The position numbers were made by a program, and so were the translations under genes. The notes beneath the pieces are model-generated. The model was not told the origin of the DNA. It did not search any database and worked only from the letters and a program-made list of their open reading frames with translations. A DNA stretch of 64,000 nucleotides, from contig NIVC01002407.1 in NCBI GenBank assembly GCA_002269645.1, positions 84,233 to 148,232 of the forward strand, written 5' to 3'. Origin of the DNA: Macrostomum lignano. Lineage: Eukaryota. This document shows, piece after piece, positions 47,201 through 59,385 of this stretch (positions within the stretch are counted from its first letter, which is position 1; each line of letters opens with the position of its first letter).

Positions 47201-50200
47201 AGTGGTGCGTTGTTTGTCTGTGTGATACATATCTCCTCCTAGACGACTTGCAAGTCAGCGTCGAAACTTATATGGGAAAACTGCAAATTTTCCGAGGATG
47301 GCAGTGGGCTATTTCAATTTTTTATTTTTGCATTTTAAGATCCCGAAAAAAGCAAAAAACTGCAATATTGACCTTTGATAATCTTATTTGTCCCCTCTTT
47401 CTGCTTGGAGCTGAAAACTTGCATGAATTTTGAGTGATTGCGCCATAACTTTCTCCTATCTCTGCAGTGTATTTTCTCTCCAGTGGGGGGTGCTTGCGTT
47501 CTCAGTGGCGGCGTGTGTACACTTGGACCTTGGCGCACGGGCTGACTGTATAGACAATCGCGCAACGATATGTGCTCTGATTTTCAATTAGGCAGCCCGG
47601 TGTATTTTTTGCACACTGAAATTCAATGCATCAACTTGCGAGCCTTTTTAGCAGGCAGGTGAACGTACACTCGATACTTCAATGCTTTAAATCGGGACAT
47701 TTCAAACGCAAACTGTTCTTCGAGTTCTAAACTCAACTTATATTGCTGGAAAGATCTCGCAACACTGAGTTCGGGGATATAAGTTGTTTGTTTTAAATGC
47801 GAAAAGAAAAAACACAGCGATCGAAAACAACTTCCATACCTTTTACTTTCTGGAAATATTGTACTCATTTTGGGGTTCAATGGGGGTTCGACCAACCCCC
47901 CAACAGTTGGTGGGAGGGGGGGGGGCGGTTCAACTTTTAATTGCCACTGCGGAAGGGGGTCAGTCGCTGTGTATTGGAGGGTTGATTTAGATTGCGCAAT
48001 CATTTCGTTAACTTTACCTGAGCCTGATACTGACTGAATGAGAAAACGGTTGCGCAATAAATTGATTCAATTAATTCATATTTTTATCGGCGCCTTTCAA
48101 CCCGCAGCTCTGTGCAGCTCTAACCCTAACCCTAACTAATGAATCCTGAGAGTTGAGTTCTGTTTGACGGAGAAAATTTCGATTGGGTCCAGTTTCGCGG
48201 AGAGGATTTCTGTTTCGCGGAGAGGATTTCGATGGTGTTCAGTTTCACGGAGAGGATTTTAATGGATTTGGAGAACAGTTAGATGATGGGATTCAGCTGA
48301 TGGAGATCAGGGAATGGAATTCCGGTGATGGGAGTTCTTCCCCTTTCTCCTCCAGAGGAGGAGTTGGCCTCGTTAATACTAAAACTGACGCGATGTTTGT
48401 CTGTCTGTATGTAGTAAGTGAACTCCTACAATTCTGCCAAGTCAGCGTTGAAACTTATATGGGAAAACTGCAAATTTTCCGGAGCAGGCTTTAGGCTATT
48501 TTAATTTTTAATTTTCCAATTTTAACATCCCTAAAAAAGCAGAAAACTGCTTTTTAAACCCCCAATAACCTTCTTTGGCCACTCTGCCTGGGGCTGCAGC
48601 CAGTTTGTAAAAATAGCCACCCCAACCTCCGCCCGCGGGCCGCTGTGTATTGAGGGGTGGTGGGTGCGCGTGTTCTGCGTTCAATGCAAATAAAACCCCC
48701 AGCGTGTTGGGGGGTTGAGTTAAATTTAATGCTTCCCCCAGAACGGGGGTTGGGCTTGGGCTGAGTGTACATAGCAGTTGTACAGTGTAAACAGATAGAC
48801 TGTGTCGAGATTCATTTGGTTTTATTATTGGCGCCTTTTTTCTATAGGCAGCCCTGTGTATTAGTTTGGCAGTGAAATTCAATGAATTGCGAGCTTCTCT
48901 AGCAAGCAGTCGGGAAATCGGTAAATTTCAAACGCTAACTGTTCCTTGAGTTTTAAACTTTGAGAGGAGAGACTTATATTGCTGGAAAGATCTTGCAACG
49001 CTGAGTTTAGGGATATAAGTTGTTTGCTTTAAATATGAAAAGAAAAAGCACCGCATTTAAAAAACTATTTCCATACTTTTAACTTTCTGCAAAAATTGTA
49101 CTCAGTTTTGCGTGACGTAATAGATAAAGTTGGGGGGAGGGTTCAACTTCTCACTGCTGCTGTGTATTGGAGGGTTGATTTAGATTGCGCAATGTTTTTG
49201 TTAACTTTGACTGAGACTGATACTGACTGACTGTGAAATCGGTTGCGCAATGAATTGATTCAATTAGTTCAATATTTTTATCAGTGCCTTTTAACACGAA
49301 GCTGTGCGTAGTTCTAACCCTAACCCTAACCCTAACCCTAACCAATGAATCCGGAGAGTTGAGTTGTTTGACGGAAAAAATTCGATTGAGTCCAGTTTAG
49401 CGGAGACGATTTCAATGTTTTAATTTTGACGGAGAGGATTTCTGTTTCGTGGAGAGGATTTCGATGGTGTTCAGTTTCACGGAGAGGATTTCGATGATGT
49501 TCAGCTTCACGGAGAGGATTTCTGTTTCGCGGAGATAATTAATGATTGATTTCTGTTTTATGGAGACGATTTTGATGGATTTAAGTTTCAAGGAGAGGAT
49601 TTCGAAGGAGATCCAGTTTCACGGAGAGGATTTCGATGGTTTTCAGTTGCACGGACAGGATTTCTGCTTCGCGGAGAAAATCTTGATAGATTTGGCATCT
49701 TCAATCAGTCAGAGAAGAGAGTAAAGAGAAGAATGAAAAGAGAAGAGAGATGAGATGATAGAAAACAGAGTAGAAATGAGTGGAGAAATTAGACATGACA
49801 GATGGGAGAGAAGAGGGGAGTAAGGCGGGAACGAAGGAGAGAGAAGAGAAGAGGAGAGAGGAGATGAAGGGAGAGGATATGAGAGAGGAGATATGAGATA
49901 GCAGAGAGGAGACAGGAGAGAGAAGAAAGGAGGGATAAGAGCGTACAGAGGCAATAGAAGAGAGGAAAGAGAGGAGAGAGGTGAGAGGTGAGAGGAGAGA
50001 GATGAAAGATCAGAGATCAGAGATTTAAGAGAAGAAAGTAGTGAGGAGAAAGAAGAGGGTAAAGATGAGAGTGCAGAGAGGAGAGAAACGAGAGGAGACA
50101 GGTAGTAGAAAGGAGTGTAAAAAACAGGAGATAAGAAAGGAGAGGGTGAGTGTGAGAGCATATAGGAAAGTGTAAAAGGGAGCAGAGGAGAGAGAATAGA

Positions 50201-53200
50201 TAAGTGAGTAGAGAAGAGATATGAGGGAGGAGAGATTAGAGATTAGAGAAGAGATGAGAGGAGATAAGAGGAGAGAAGAGAGAATGGAGAGGAGAGAAAA
50301 GAGAGGAGAGGAGACAGGTGATGCAGTAGAAAGGAGGGAAGAAAGATGGTAGATAAGAAAGGAGAGGGTGAGAGCGTATAAGAGATACGAGAAATGAGAG
50401 CAGAGAGAAGAGAGAAAAGGGAAGAGAGAAAGTAGAGCGAAGACGATAGATAAGTGAGTAGAGATGAGATATGAGTGAGGAGAGAAAAAGGGAGAGATAA
50501 GAGAGAAGATAGGAGAGTAGACAGGAGAGGGTATAGACGAAAGACGAGGGAGAAGAGATAAATAAGGGAGTAGAGATGAGAAAAGAGAGAGAAGAGATAA
50601 GCGAGAAGAGTAGGAGTAGAGGAGAGAGAGAGAGAAGCGAGAGAAGGGAGAGAGGAGGGAGAAGAGAGATGAAAGATCAGAGATGAGAGAGATGAAAGAG
50701 TGGAGAGGAGTAATTAGTGAGGAGAAAGAAGAGAGTAAAAATAAAAATCAGAGCGCAGGGCGCAAGAGATGAGAGATGGGAGTTGATAGATTGTAGAGGA
50801 TTTGGAGATGATTTGGAAGATGAGATTCAAGTCATGGAATTTCAGCTGATGGGAGTTCTTCCCCTTCAGAATTCCGGTGATGGGAGTTCTTCCCCTTTCT
50901 CCTCCAGAGAAGGAGTTCCACTCGTCTTAATACTAAAACTGACGCGATGTTTGTCTGTCTGTATGTAGTAAGTGAACTCCTACAATTCTGCCAAGTCAGC
51001 GTTGAAACTTATATGGGAAAACTGCAAATTTTCCGGAGCAGGCTTTAGGCTATTTTAATTTTTAATTTTCCAATTTTAACATCCCTAAAAAAGCAGAAAA
51101 CTGTTTTTAAACCCCCAATAACCTTCTTTGGCCACTCTGCCTGGGGCTGCAGCCAGTTTGTAAAAATAGCCACTCCAACCTCCGCCCGCGGGCCGCTGTG
51201 TATTGAGGGGTGGTGGGTGCGCGTGTTCTGCGTTCAATGCAAATAAAACCCCCCGCGTGTTGGGGGGTTGAGTTAAATTTAATGCTTCCCCCAGAACGGG
51301 GGTTGGGCTTGGGCTGAGTGTACATAGCAGTTGTACAGTGTAAACAGATAGACTGTGTCGAGATTCATTTGGTTTTATTATTGGCGCCTTTTTTCTATAG
51401 GCAGCCCTGTGTATTAGTTTGGCAGTGAAATTCAATGAATTGCGAGCTTCTCTAGCAAGCAGTCGGGAAATCGGTAAATTTCAAACGCTAACTGTTCCTT
51501 GAGTTTTAAACTTTGAGAGGAGAGACTTATATTGCTGGAAAGATCTTGCAACGCTGAGTTTAGGGATATAAGTTGTTTGCTTTAAATATGAAAAGAAAAA
51601 GCACCGCATTTAAAAAACTATTTCCATACTTTTAACTTTCTGCAAAAATTGTACTCAGTTTTGCGTGACGTAATAGATAAAGTTGGGGGGAGGGTTCAAC
51701 TTCTCACTGCTGCTGTGTATTGGAGGGTTGATTTAGATTGCGCAATGTTTTTGTTAACTTTGACTGAGACTGATACTGACTGACTGTGAAATCGGTTGCG
51801 CAATGAATTGATTCAATTAGTTCAATATTTTTATCAGTGCCTTTTAACACGAAGCTGTGCGTAGTTCTAACCCTAACCCTAACCCTAACCCTAACCAATG
51901 AATCCGGAGAGTTGAGTTGTTTGACGGAAAAAATTCGATTGAGTCCAGTTTAGCGGAGACGATTTCAATGTTTTAATTTTGACGGAGAGGATTTCTGTTT
52001 CGTGGAGAGGATTTCGATGGTGTTCAGTTTCACGGAGAGGATTTCGATGATGTTCAGCTTCACGGAGAGGATTTCTGTTTCGCGGAGATAATTAATGATT
52101 GATTTCTGTTTTATGGAGACGATTTTGATGGATTTAAGTTTCAAGGAGAGGATTTCGAAGGAGATCCAGTTTCACGGAGAGGATTTCGATGGTTTTCAGT
52201 TGCACGGACAGGATTTCTGCTTCGCGGAGAAAATCTTGATAGATTTGGCATCTTCAATCAGTCAGAGAAGAGAGTAAAGAGAAGAATGAAAAGAGAAGAG
52301 AGATGAGATGATAGAAAACAGAGTAGAAATGAGTGGAGAAATTAGACATGACAGATGGGAGAGAAGAGGGGAGTAAGGCGGGAACGAAGGAGAGAGAAGA
52401 GAAGAGGAGAGAGGAGATGAAGGGAGAGGATATGAGAGAGGAGATATGAGATAGCAGAGAGGAGACAGGAGAGAGAAGAAAGGAGGGATAAGAGCGTACA
52501 GAGGCAATAGAAGAGAGGAAAGAGAGGAGAGAGGTGAGAGGTGAGAGGAGAGAGATGAAAGATCAGAGATCAGAGATTTAAGAGAAGAAAGTAGTGAGGA
52601 GAAAGAAGAGGGTAAAGATGAGAGTGCAGAGAGGAGAGAAACGAGAGGAGACAGGTAGTAGAAAGGAGTGTAAAAAACAGGAGATAAGAAAGGAGAGGGT
52701 GAGTGTGAGAGCATATAGGAAAGTGTAAAAGGGAGCAGAGGAGACAGAATAGATAAGTGAGTAGAGAAGAGATATGAGGGAGGAGAGATTAGAGATTAGA
52801 GAAGAGATGAGAGGAGATAAGAGGAGAGAAGAGAGAATGGAGAGGAGAGAAAAGAGAGGAGAGGAGACAGGTGATGCAGTAGAAAGGAGGGAAGAAAGAT
52901 GGTAGATAAGAAAGGAGAGGGTGAGAGCGTATAAGAGATACGAGAAATGAGAGCAGAGAGAAGAGAGAAAAGGGAAGAGAGAAAGTAGAGCGAAGACGAT
53001 AGATAAGTGAGTAGAGATGAGATATGAGTGAGGAGAGAAAAAGGGAGAGATAAGAGAGAAGATAGGAGAGTAGACAGGAGAGGGTATAGACGAAAGACGA
53101 GGGAGAAGAGATAAATAAGGGAGTAGAGATGAGAAAAGAGAGAGAAGAGATAAGCGAGAAGAGTAGGAGTAGAGGAGAGAGAGAGAGAAGCGAGAGAAGG

Positions 53201-54871
53201 GAGAGAGGAGGGAGAAGAGAGATGAAAGATCAGAGATGAGAGAGATGAAAGAGTGGAGAGGAGTAATTAGTGAGGAGAAAGAAGAGAGTAAAAATAAAAA
53301 TCAGAGCGCAGGGCGCAAGAGATGAGAGATGGGAGTTGATAGATTGTAGAGGATTTGGAGATGATTTGGAAGATGAGATTCAAGTCATGGAATTTCAGCT
53401 GATGGGAGTTCTTCCCCTTCAGAATTCCGGTGATGGGAGTTCTTCCCCTTTCTCCTCCAGAGGAGGAGTTCCACTCGTTTCCTACTAAAAGTAACGTTAT
53501 AAAGTTTATGGTTTTTTAATTGCAATGAAAGCTTAATACAAGCTCAATATCTTTGTAATAATTGTATGTTCCAGACTATTCCAGACTATTCCCAAGGATG
53601 CTTAGAGACTATTCCCAAGGCTAATCAGAGACTATTCCCAAAGCTACTCAGAGACTATTCCCAAGGCTACTCAGAGACTATTCCCTCAAGTTACCTAGCC
53701 TATATGGTTCAATGACTAACCAAACTGTTCCTTCTGCCTCTCACAATCAGGCATGATATTCGAGATGCTGGGCACCCTGTGCGGAGTGATGACCTTCACC
53801 TTCATCACCCAGCACGGGCAGGACAGCTGCCAATTAGCATCCATCGGCAACCTTAGCCTGGCAGCCGGAGACCCCGAGCCGTCGCCAGTCCCAGCCGACG
53901 GCTCACCAGAGGTGGCGCGCTACCGGCTTGGCGGTACAATCATCGCCTCAGTTGTGTGCGCCTGCGGCTTAGTTGGCTTCGTCGGCACCAGGGAGGTCCC
54001 GGCCGCCGCCGTAGAATCTCCGTCCGTGACGTTGACATCGCCGCCTATTGAGCGTCACCGTCAGCAGACTGTTGCCGCCTGCTGCTACGGCATGCTGTCG
54101 GCATTCAAGCGCTGCCTGCGTCACCGATCCTACCGTCAGCTGATGCTGACCTTCATGCTGAGCTCGCTGGCCATACAGACTGTGCAGAACAGCCTGGCAC
54201 TGTACACTATCTACAGTTTGCAGATGAAGCCGCATCTGAAGTTCGCCATCGCCATAGTCATGTCCATGGCTATTCTGGCCACCCCGCTGGTGTTCTTAGC
54301 TATCAAGCGTGTGGGCAAGAAGCGCGTATTCTATGTTGGCCTGTTTCTCATCCTGCCCGTGTGCTTGTCCGCCACGTTCTGCCCGGCCGACGACCGGTTT
54401 GTACCGCTCTATTACGTTACCATGCTGGTTGCCGGCTGCTTTGTCAGCGTGAATATGCTGCTGCCGTGGGTTATGCTGCCAGACGTTATCGACGATTACA
54501 CAGCCGCCACTGGCCGGTCTAGCGATCAGGACTCCGCCACGTTCTACAGTCTGTACGTGTTCTTCAATAAATTCGCTGTGGGCATCAGCACCGCCTGTCT
54601 GCAGCTGGCCCTGCACCTCACCGGCTATCGGCAGTCTGAGGCCTGCTCGCAGTCTGCCGCCGTTGCCATGGCATTGCGCTGCATTATTGGGCCGCTACCG
54701 ATGCTGCTAGTAGCGGCCGCGTTTCTGGCTCTGTTCCGGTATCCCATCACGCCTGAGTACAGAGCTCAACTGGACAAGCGGTTGGCCGAGGCTCGCTTGA
54801 ACGGGGCCGCCTGCGGAACTGAGATGAGTCAGCAGACTAGCAAGCTGGATGGCGATGCCAAGGATGCTTGA
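40971..54871 (+). CDS. MFSD2: MFSD2-like major facilitator (MelB/GPH family) transporter; exons 40971-41426, 42700-42778, 53751-54871; first exon and start not identified
   Basis: GT-AG phases 0 and 1 match; GRFWDAVSDPIVGYLVSRTRTRFGKCRPW, YHIPYTSMT...RDAATTLR|MIFEMLGT, LPWVMLPDVIDD, FYSLYVFFNKFAVG; multiple hydrophobic helices. Confidence 0.92.
41463..42623 (-). repeat. 28-bp minisatellite (reverse orientation of ACTGAGGATCTGGGAGGCTGGCCCAGCA) filling MFSD2 intron 1
   Basis: Same unit as the arrays at 56.5 and 62.1 kb. Confidence 0.95.
43573..44335. repeat. (TCTG)n microsatellite with TTAG/TTAT interruptions
   Basis: Direct observation. Confidence 0.96.
44737..53477 (+). mobile_element. Head-to-tail array of five non-autonomous Helitron-like units: A1 44737-45962, A2 45963-47187, A3 47188-48372, B1 48373-50924, B2 50925-53477
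   Basis: Each unit starts (TC)TTAATACTAAA..GTTTGTCTG and ends in a hairpin (CTCCTCC-AGA-GGAGGAG or variant) plus CTCG; internal (AACCCT)3-4; A1 and A2 near-identical, B1 and B2 near-identical with an added 1-kb GA-rich block. Tandem structure is certain; Helitron class is inferred. Confidence 0.7.
53573..53686. repeat. About 23-bp minisatellite (CAGAGACTATTCCCAAGGCTACT)
   Basis: About 5 copies just upstream of the MFSD2 exon-3 acceptor. Confidence 0.85.
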
Positions 54872-55340
54872 CTGCTTCTGTATCTCTCCTGTCACCTATT
54901 CCTTCTTGAGCTCTCGATGAAAACGGTTCCTAGGGCCAAGGAGCGTCCCAGATTCGTTTCAGGTAACACAGGTAAAAATAGGAAGGAAGTGTCTGTGAGT
55001 CGCCTAAGAGTCAATTTGAGGCGTTTTATTGTCTGCGACTCTGAAGCCGTAGAGTCGTGTCTGGGGCGTGCAATAGTCGCTGTGGAACTCTATTTAGCCT
55101 GCTTGACTCTCAGGCCAAGCGCCAACTTGTAGCTCTCTGTCCTATCTGTCTCTGTTGTCATGGTCTTGTCAATACTTTGCCTAAAAATCAACAAGTTTGG
55201 AATCACGTCTTTCATTTGATAAAAAAAACGTTTGTTTGTATTGGGATCGTGGACCCTGCGGTTTAGGCTACTGGTTTATTATCCAATGCTCTTTAGTTAT
55301 AAAGAATCAATCCCATGAATCCCATAAAATCCCAAACTAC

Positions 55341-55529
55341 TGGGGGGTCGCCACACACAGCCTCAATTACCCCAGCTAATGCTGGCACCCATTTTACAGC
55401 TGGGAGAACTGAAGGAATGCAGAGTTAAGTGTCCTTCTCAAGGACACAAATTGGTCCGAGTGGGTCGAGAATCGAACCCCCGACCTTTCAGTCGTGAGCC
55501 TGACGCTCTAACCACTATACTACAAGCCC
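55341..55529 (-). mobile_element. tRNA-derived CORE-like SINE, copy 2 (3' truncated)
   Basis: Aligns by eye with 27255-27447; A and B boxes present. Confidence 0.85.
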
Positions 55530-56494
55530 TTGTACTTATACAATAAATTAACATATCAACAAAAGTTTGTAAGTCAAATCAAAAATGAAATTTTCCAAAC
55601 CTGTCGAATTTTATGCTTGCATCACTAAGTTTTTGAACGCCCCTCATGTCTGGTAAAATAAAATTCTCAAATTTGTTCTGCTATTTCGCACAGCAGGTGC
55701 CAATAGTCTACACAGAGGCTTGTACACTGTACTACTAGCAGTAGGCATTGAGTGGCGGTAGCTAGCATGCTATCGCTATGCATTTATGACAAACATGCTT
55801 AGTTACTAGAGATGTTTTTGCTGTCCACTTAAGTTTTATATGATCAAATGCAATGCAATTTACTGCTTAATTGGCTGCTCATAAGGATAGTTTCTTCAAT
55901 CATTCGAAATGTTTGTCCACGTGTTGCGAGATTTTAGGCAGGATTGGTTTTTTGTCATTTTTATAAATTAATTGTCAAATTTTCTGCAACTAGTTATATA
56001 AAATCCTGTTGTCTTTTTTCTTCTACAGTTCACTGAAGCTCCACTAAAGCAACGACCCTTAAACATTTTCTAGCTATTCCCAATTGAACAATTACAGCTC
56101 AAAACGGCAACTGCCCCCCTTTTTGTAGATTGGCATTTTTCCTTGTTTTCTTGTTTTAATCTTTTAGTTACTTATATAAACACGAAATTCCTTTGTAAAC
56201 CGAAACACCTGCCCAGTCTTGGTCTGTCTGGCAGGTTGCTACATATTATGCTAACTGATTAGATGTTCACTTTCTTCTCTTAACTGTACACTAGCCAAGC
56301 TCGAATGTAATGTTATGAAATATATTTACAAAGCACAGCTAAAAATCTAATTGTTTTCTTTTTTGTTTCACATTGAAGCCGAATCTTCAGCCGTTTGTTT
56401 CGGTCCTGTGTTCGTAGCTTGGCAATCCTTTGTTTTTAGGGGTATATTGCAGCTCATTGAAATTTCATCTTTAATGTTCTGCATTTGAGATCTG

Positions 56495-56984
56495 GTGGCC
56501 CAGCAACTGAGGATCTGGGAGGCTGGTCCAGCAACTGAGGATCTGGGAGGCTGGTCCAGCAACTGAGGATCTGGGAGTGTGGCCCAGCAACTGAGGATCT
56601 GGGAGGCTGGTCCAGCAACTGAGGATCTGGGAGTGTGGCCTAGCAACTGAGGATCTAGGAGTGTGGCCTACAACTGAGGATCTGGGAGGCTGGCCCAGCA
56701 ACTGAGGATCTGGGAGGCTGGCCCAGCAACTGAGGATCTGGGAGGCTGGCCCAGCAACTGAGGATCTGGGAGGCTGGCCCAGCAACTGAGAATCTGGGAG
56801 GCTGGCCCAGCAACTGAGGATCTGGGAGGCTGGCCCAGCAACTGAGAATCTGGGAGGCTGGCCCAGCAACTGAGGATCTGGGAGGCTGGCCCAGCAACTG
56901 AGGATCTGGGAGGCTGGCCCAACAACTGGGGATCTGGGAGGCTGGCCCAGCATCTGAGGATCTGGGAGTGTGGCCCAGCAACTG
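56495..56984 (+). repeat. 28-bp minisatellite (ACTGAGGATCTGGGAGGCTGGCCCAGCA)
   Basis: About 17 copies. Confidence 0.95.
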
Positions 56985-57248
56985 CCCGTCGGTAAATAAT
57001 TGTAGGCTGAATGGCACTTAACATTTTTTGCAAGTTATTTCTGGCTTGTCCGTTCCAGACGATAGATATCTCTTAGCAGAGCATGTCACGTATGTTCTCC
57101 TTCTGTCAGACTAGTATATCTTTGCGTACATGAAGCCATCTCACATCCGAGAGTCTCGATTCGCCACCATGCATAGCTTACCATAGCCGTCAGGAACAGA
57201 TATACTAATGGGTGGCGCGCATAGGTAACTATAAACCTCGACATGGAC

Positions 57249-58322
57249 CACAGATTCTATAAACACTAGATGGCTCACTCTCCATTCCTTCAGTGGAGGC
57301 CAAATTCTCACTGTCTATGGTTGGAATCCCTCGCTCGCGAGACTTCGCCCCCCGCGCCAGCAGCTTAATTTTTATAACTAGCGTAGAGCCAGCAAAAAAA
57401 CTTTTCTCTCACTGATTCTAGCACACCCAGTTCTTTCTCCTGCAACAACTAGATAGAATTATATATTTGACACTGAACACCGAAGGCGAAGACCAACAAG
57501 CTTCTGGTAATGAACTAAAAAATCTGCTGTGCTGCAGGCTGCAAAAATAAGCCAGTTACCTCTCCGCCTCAAAACACCCCCATCAAGCTGCACCGATTTC
57601 CTCAAGATACGGCAACCGCTACGCGATGGATGCAGATTCTGAAGCTGCCGTTCCCGCTCGAGGAAGTTCGATGCAGAGACTTAAAAGTGTGCAGCGATCA
57701 TTTTGTGGAAGAGGCGTACTCTTGCCCATCTGCCATGCAACATGAACCAGGCTCTCGGCTGAAGTGGAACGCTCTTCCCCATCTGCAGCTAGTGATGCCT
57801 CGATTGCTGCCAGAGAATCTGGAGTCTGTCATCTTGCGGAGTTCCTTTGCTACCAGTTTTACCCAGCCACCTCCACAAATGATGGCACCAGGTTGTGAAA
57901 ATCTGAAGGCAGTAGGATTTTCCAATCAGAATTTATGCGACAATTATCGTCACTTTAAGAGACTTCTTTACGATATGCCTTTGTTTAAGTGCCGATAATT
58001 GTGGTATAACGTGTGACAAGCAGGTCCTATTGACGTCAGCTTTTTACAGTATGCTGCTTCTATCTAAACGAAGGACAGTGTGAAATTTGAGACATCTTCG
58101 ATTTTTCTATCAAACGTTATGGCAAAAAGTTCGGCAATTTTGAGGTAAATGCCTCGCTTTCACTTCCCATAGCTAGAAGAATAGAACAAAGTAGAAGAGT
58201 ATAGAACACATTAAAAGCCTGCGTTTAACACTAGGGCTAAAATAGCGATTCCAACCATAGACGATCTGTTTGGGAGCAAGATTTTTCGCTGAGTGAGCCA
58301 TCTAGTGTTTATAGAATCTGTG
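57249..58322 (+). mobile_element. P-element-like non-autonomous transposon carrying a THAP-domain pseudogene
   Basis: Perfect 32-bp TIRs at 57249-57280 and 58291-58322; 8-bp flanks ACATGGAC / ACATAGAC (7 of 8 match); 16-bp internal inverted repeats at 57313-57328 and 58247-58262. Confidence 0.8.
57510..57998 (+). pseudogene. THAP zinc-finger ORF with a stop at codon 3
   Basis: MN*KICCAAGCKN...LHRFPQD....RW...LKVCSDHF....LKWNALP shows the C2CH, RFP, W and CSxHF THAP signature. Confidence 0.85.
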
Positions 58323-59174
58323 ACATAGACTAAACTTTAAATTTGTAGTTACTTAAGCGCCACCGGGTATGTATGTGGCTATAGATTAAAACATGGGCAA
58401 GCCGGTAGAAATTAGTGAGGTTGAGGCAGGGTTAGCACTGCATGCTGAGGCGTGAGGCCGGAGCAAGCGACAGAAGCCTCTGCAGAAATTTCACTGCGGG
58501 TCCTGTAGAGAGCGGCTTTTCCTGCATGAGAAGTGGAGGCTCCAACGATTGTTCCTGATGACTACAGACAGGCAGCTGCAGCTTTTAGATCAATAAGTTG
58601 TCAACCAGCTTCTTGGCAGTAGCTTCAGCCGTAAGAACTGCTAGTAAGACTAGCAGGTAATAATCTGCTTCAGTCTGCTCCTGAGTTGCTGCTGCAGTCG
58701 CTCACACTGATGAGGCAGGCACAAGAGGAGATACGCAGTGAGGATAGGTAGGGAATGAGAATCTGGCTGGTTGTTCGTGTTGTGAAGTAAATAGAGACTT
58801 TATTCAAGTAGCTGTGTGAGAGTCTAGTGTAGTTCCCCCTCAGGAATATCAGTAACATTTTGCACGGCCAGTTCTTACTCGTGAGTTCGCGTCGGGTTGA
58901 AGTCGCACTTTTACACTTTTTCTTCGACTGCGATTGCATCATTGATGCAAAAGTCAATGGAGAATTGCTCAAAGCGACAGAATGTTAGTTTTGTTTTTGT
59001 TTTGACTTGCATGTAATTCTTTGTTTTCTTCCGATGCATTGACTGTTACAAGAGCCCCATGAAATGCTTTGGCTTTTTTCATTAATATGCTGCCAGTCTA
59101 ATAATGAAAAGAATGCTCATAAATTTAACTCGTTCTACTGAGAAATTTCACAACAGCTAATAATTAAATAATAA

Positions 59175-59385
59175 TAATTGATTACACCTGCCCTAATATG
59201 CAGATGTGCAACCGACAGCTCAGCCGCAGCTATTGCGCGGTGCATCTGAAGGCTGCGTACGGCTGTTCAGTCCAAGGACTGGGGGTCGCCACACACACCC
59301 TCAATTACCCCAGCTAATGCTGGCACCCATTTTACAGCTGGGTGAACTGAGGCAATGCACAGGTAAGTGTCTTGCTCAAGGTCAC
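59175..59385 (-). mobile_element. CORE-like SINE, copy 3 (body and tail; original head not adjacent)
   Basis: Matches the tail and central domain of copy 1. Confidence 0.75.

Noticed and set aside
45683-51900. (CCCTAA)n as a telomere or chromosome-fusion scar
   Set aside because: Only 3-4 copies, at the same position inside each repeat unit
49709-53270. Ser/Leu-rich ORFs over GA-rich tracts (also at 545-727, 5221-5578 and 13270-13819)
   Set aside because: Low-complexity purine/pyrimidine sequence
58440-58990. Coding-like minus-strand stretch including ORF 58670-58972
   Set aside because: Stops in all frames and no recognisable motif; at most an unidentifiable relic
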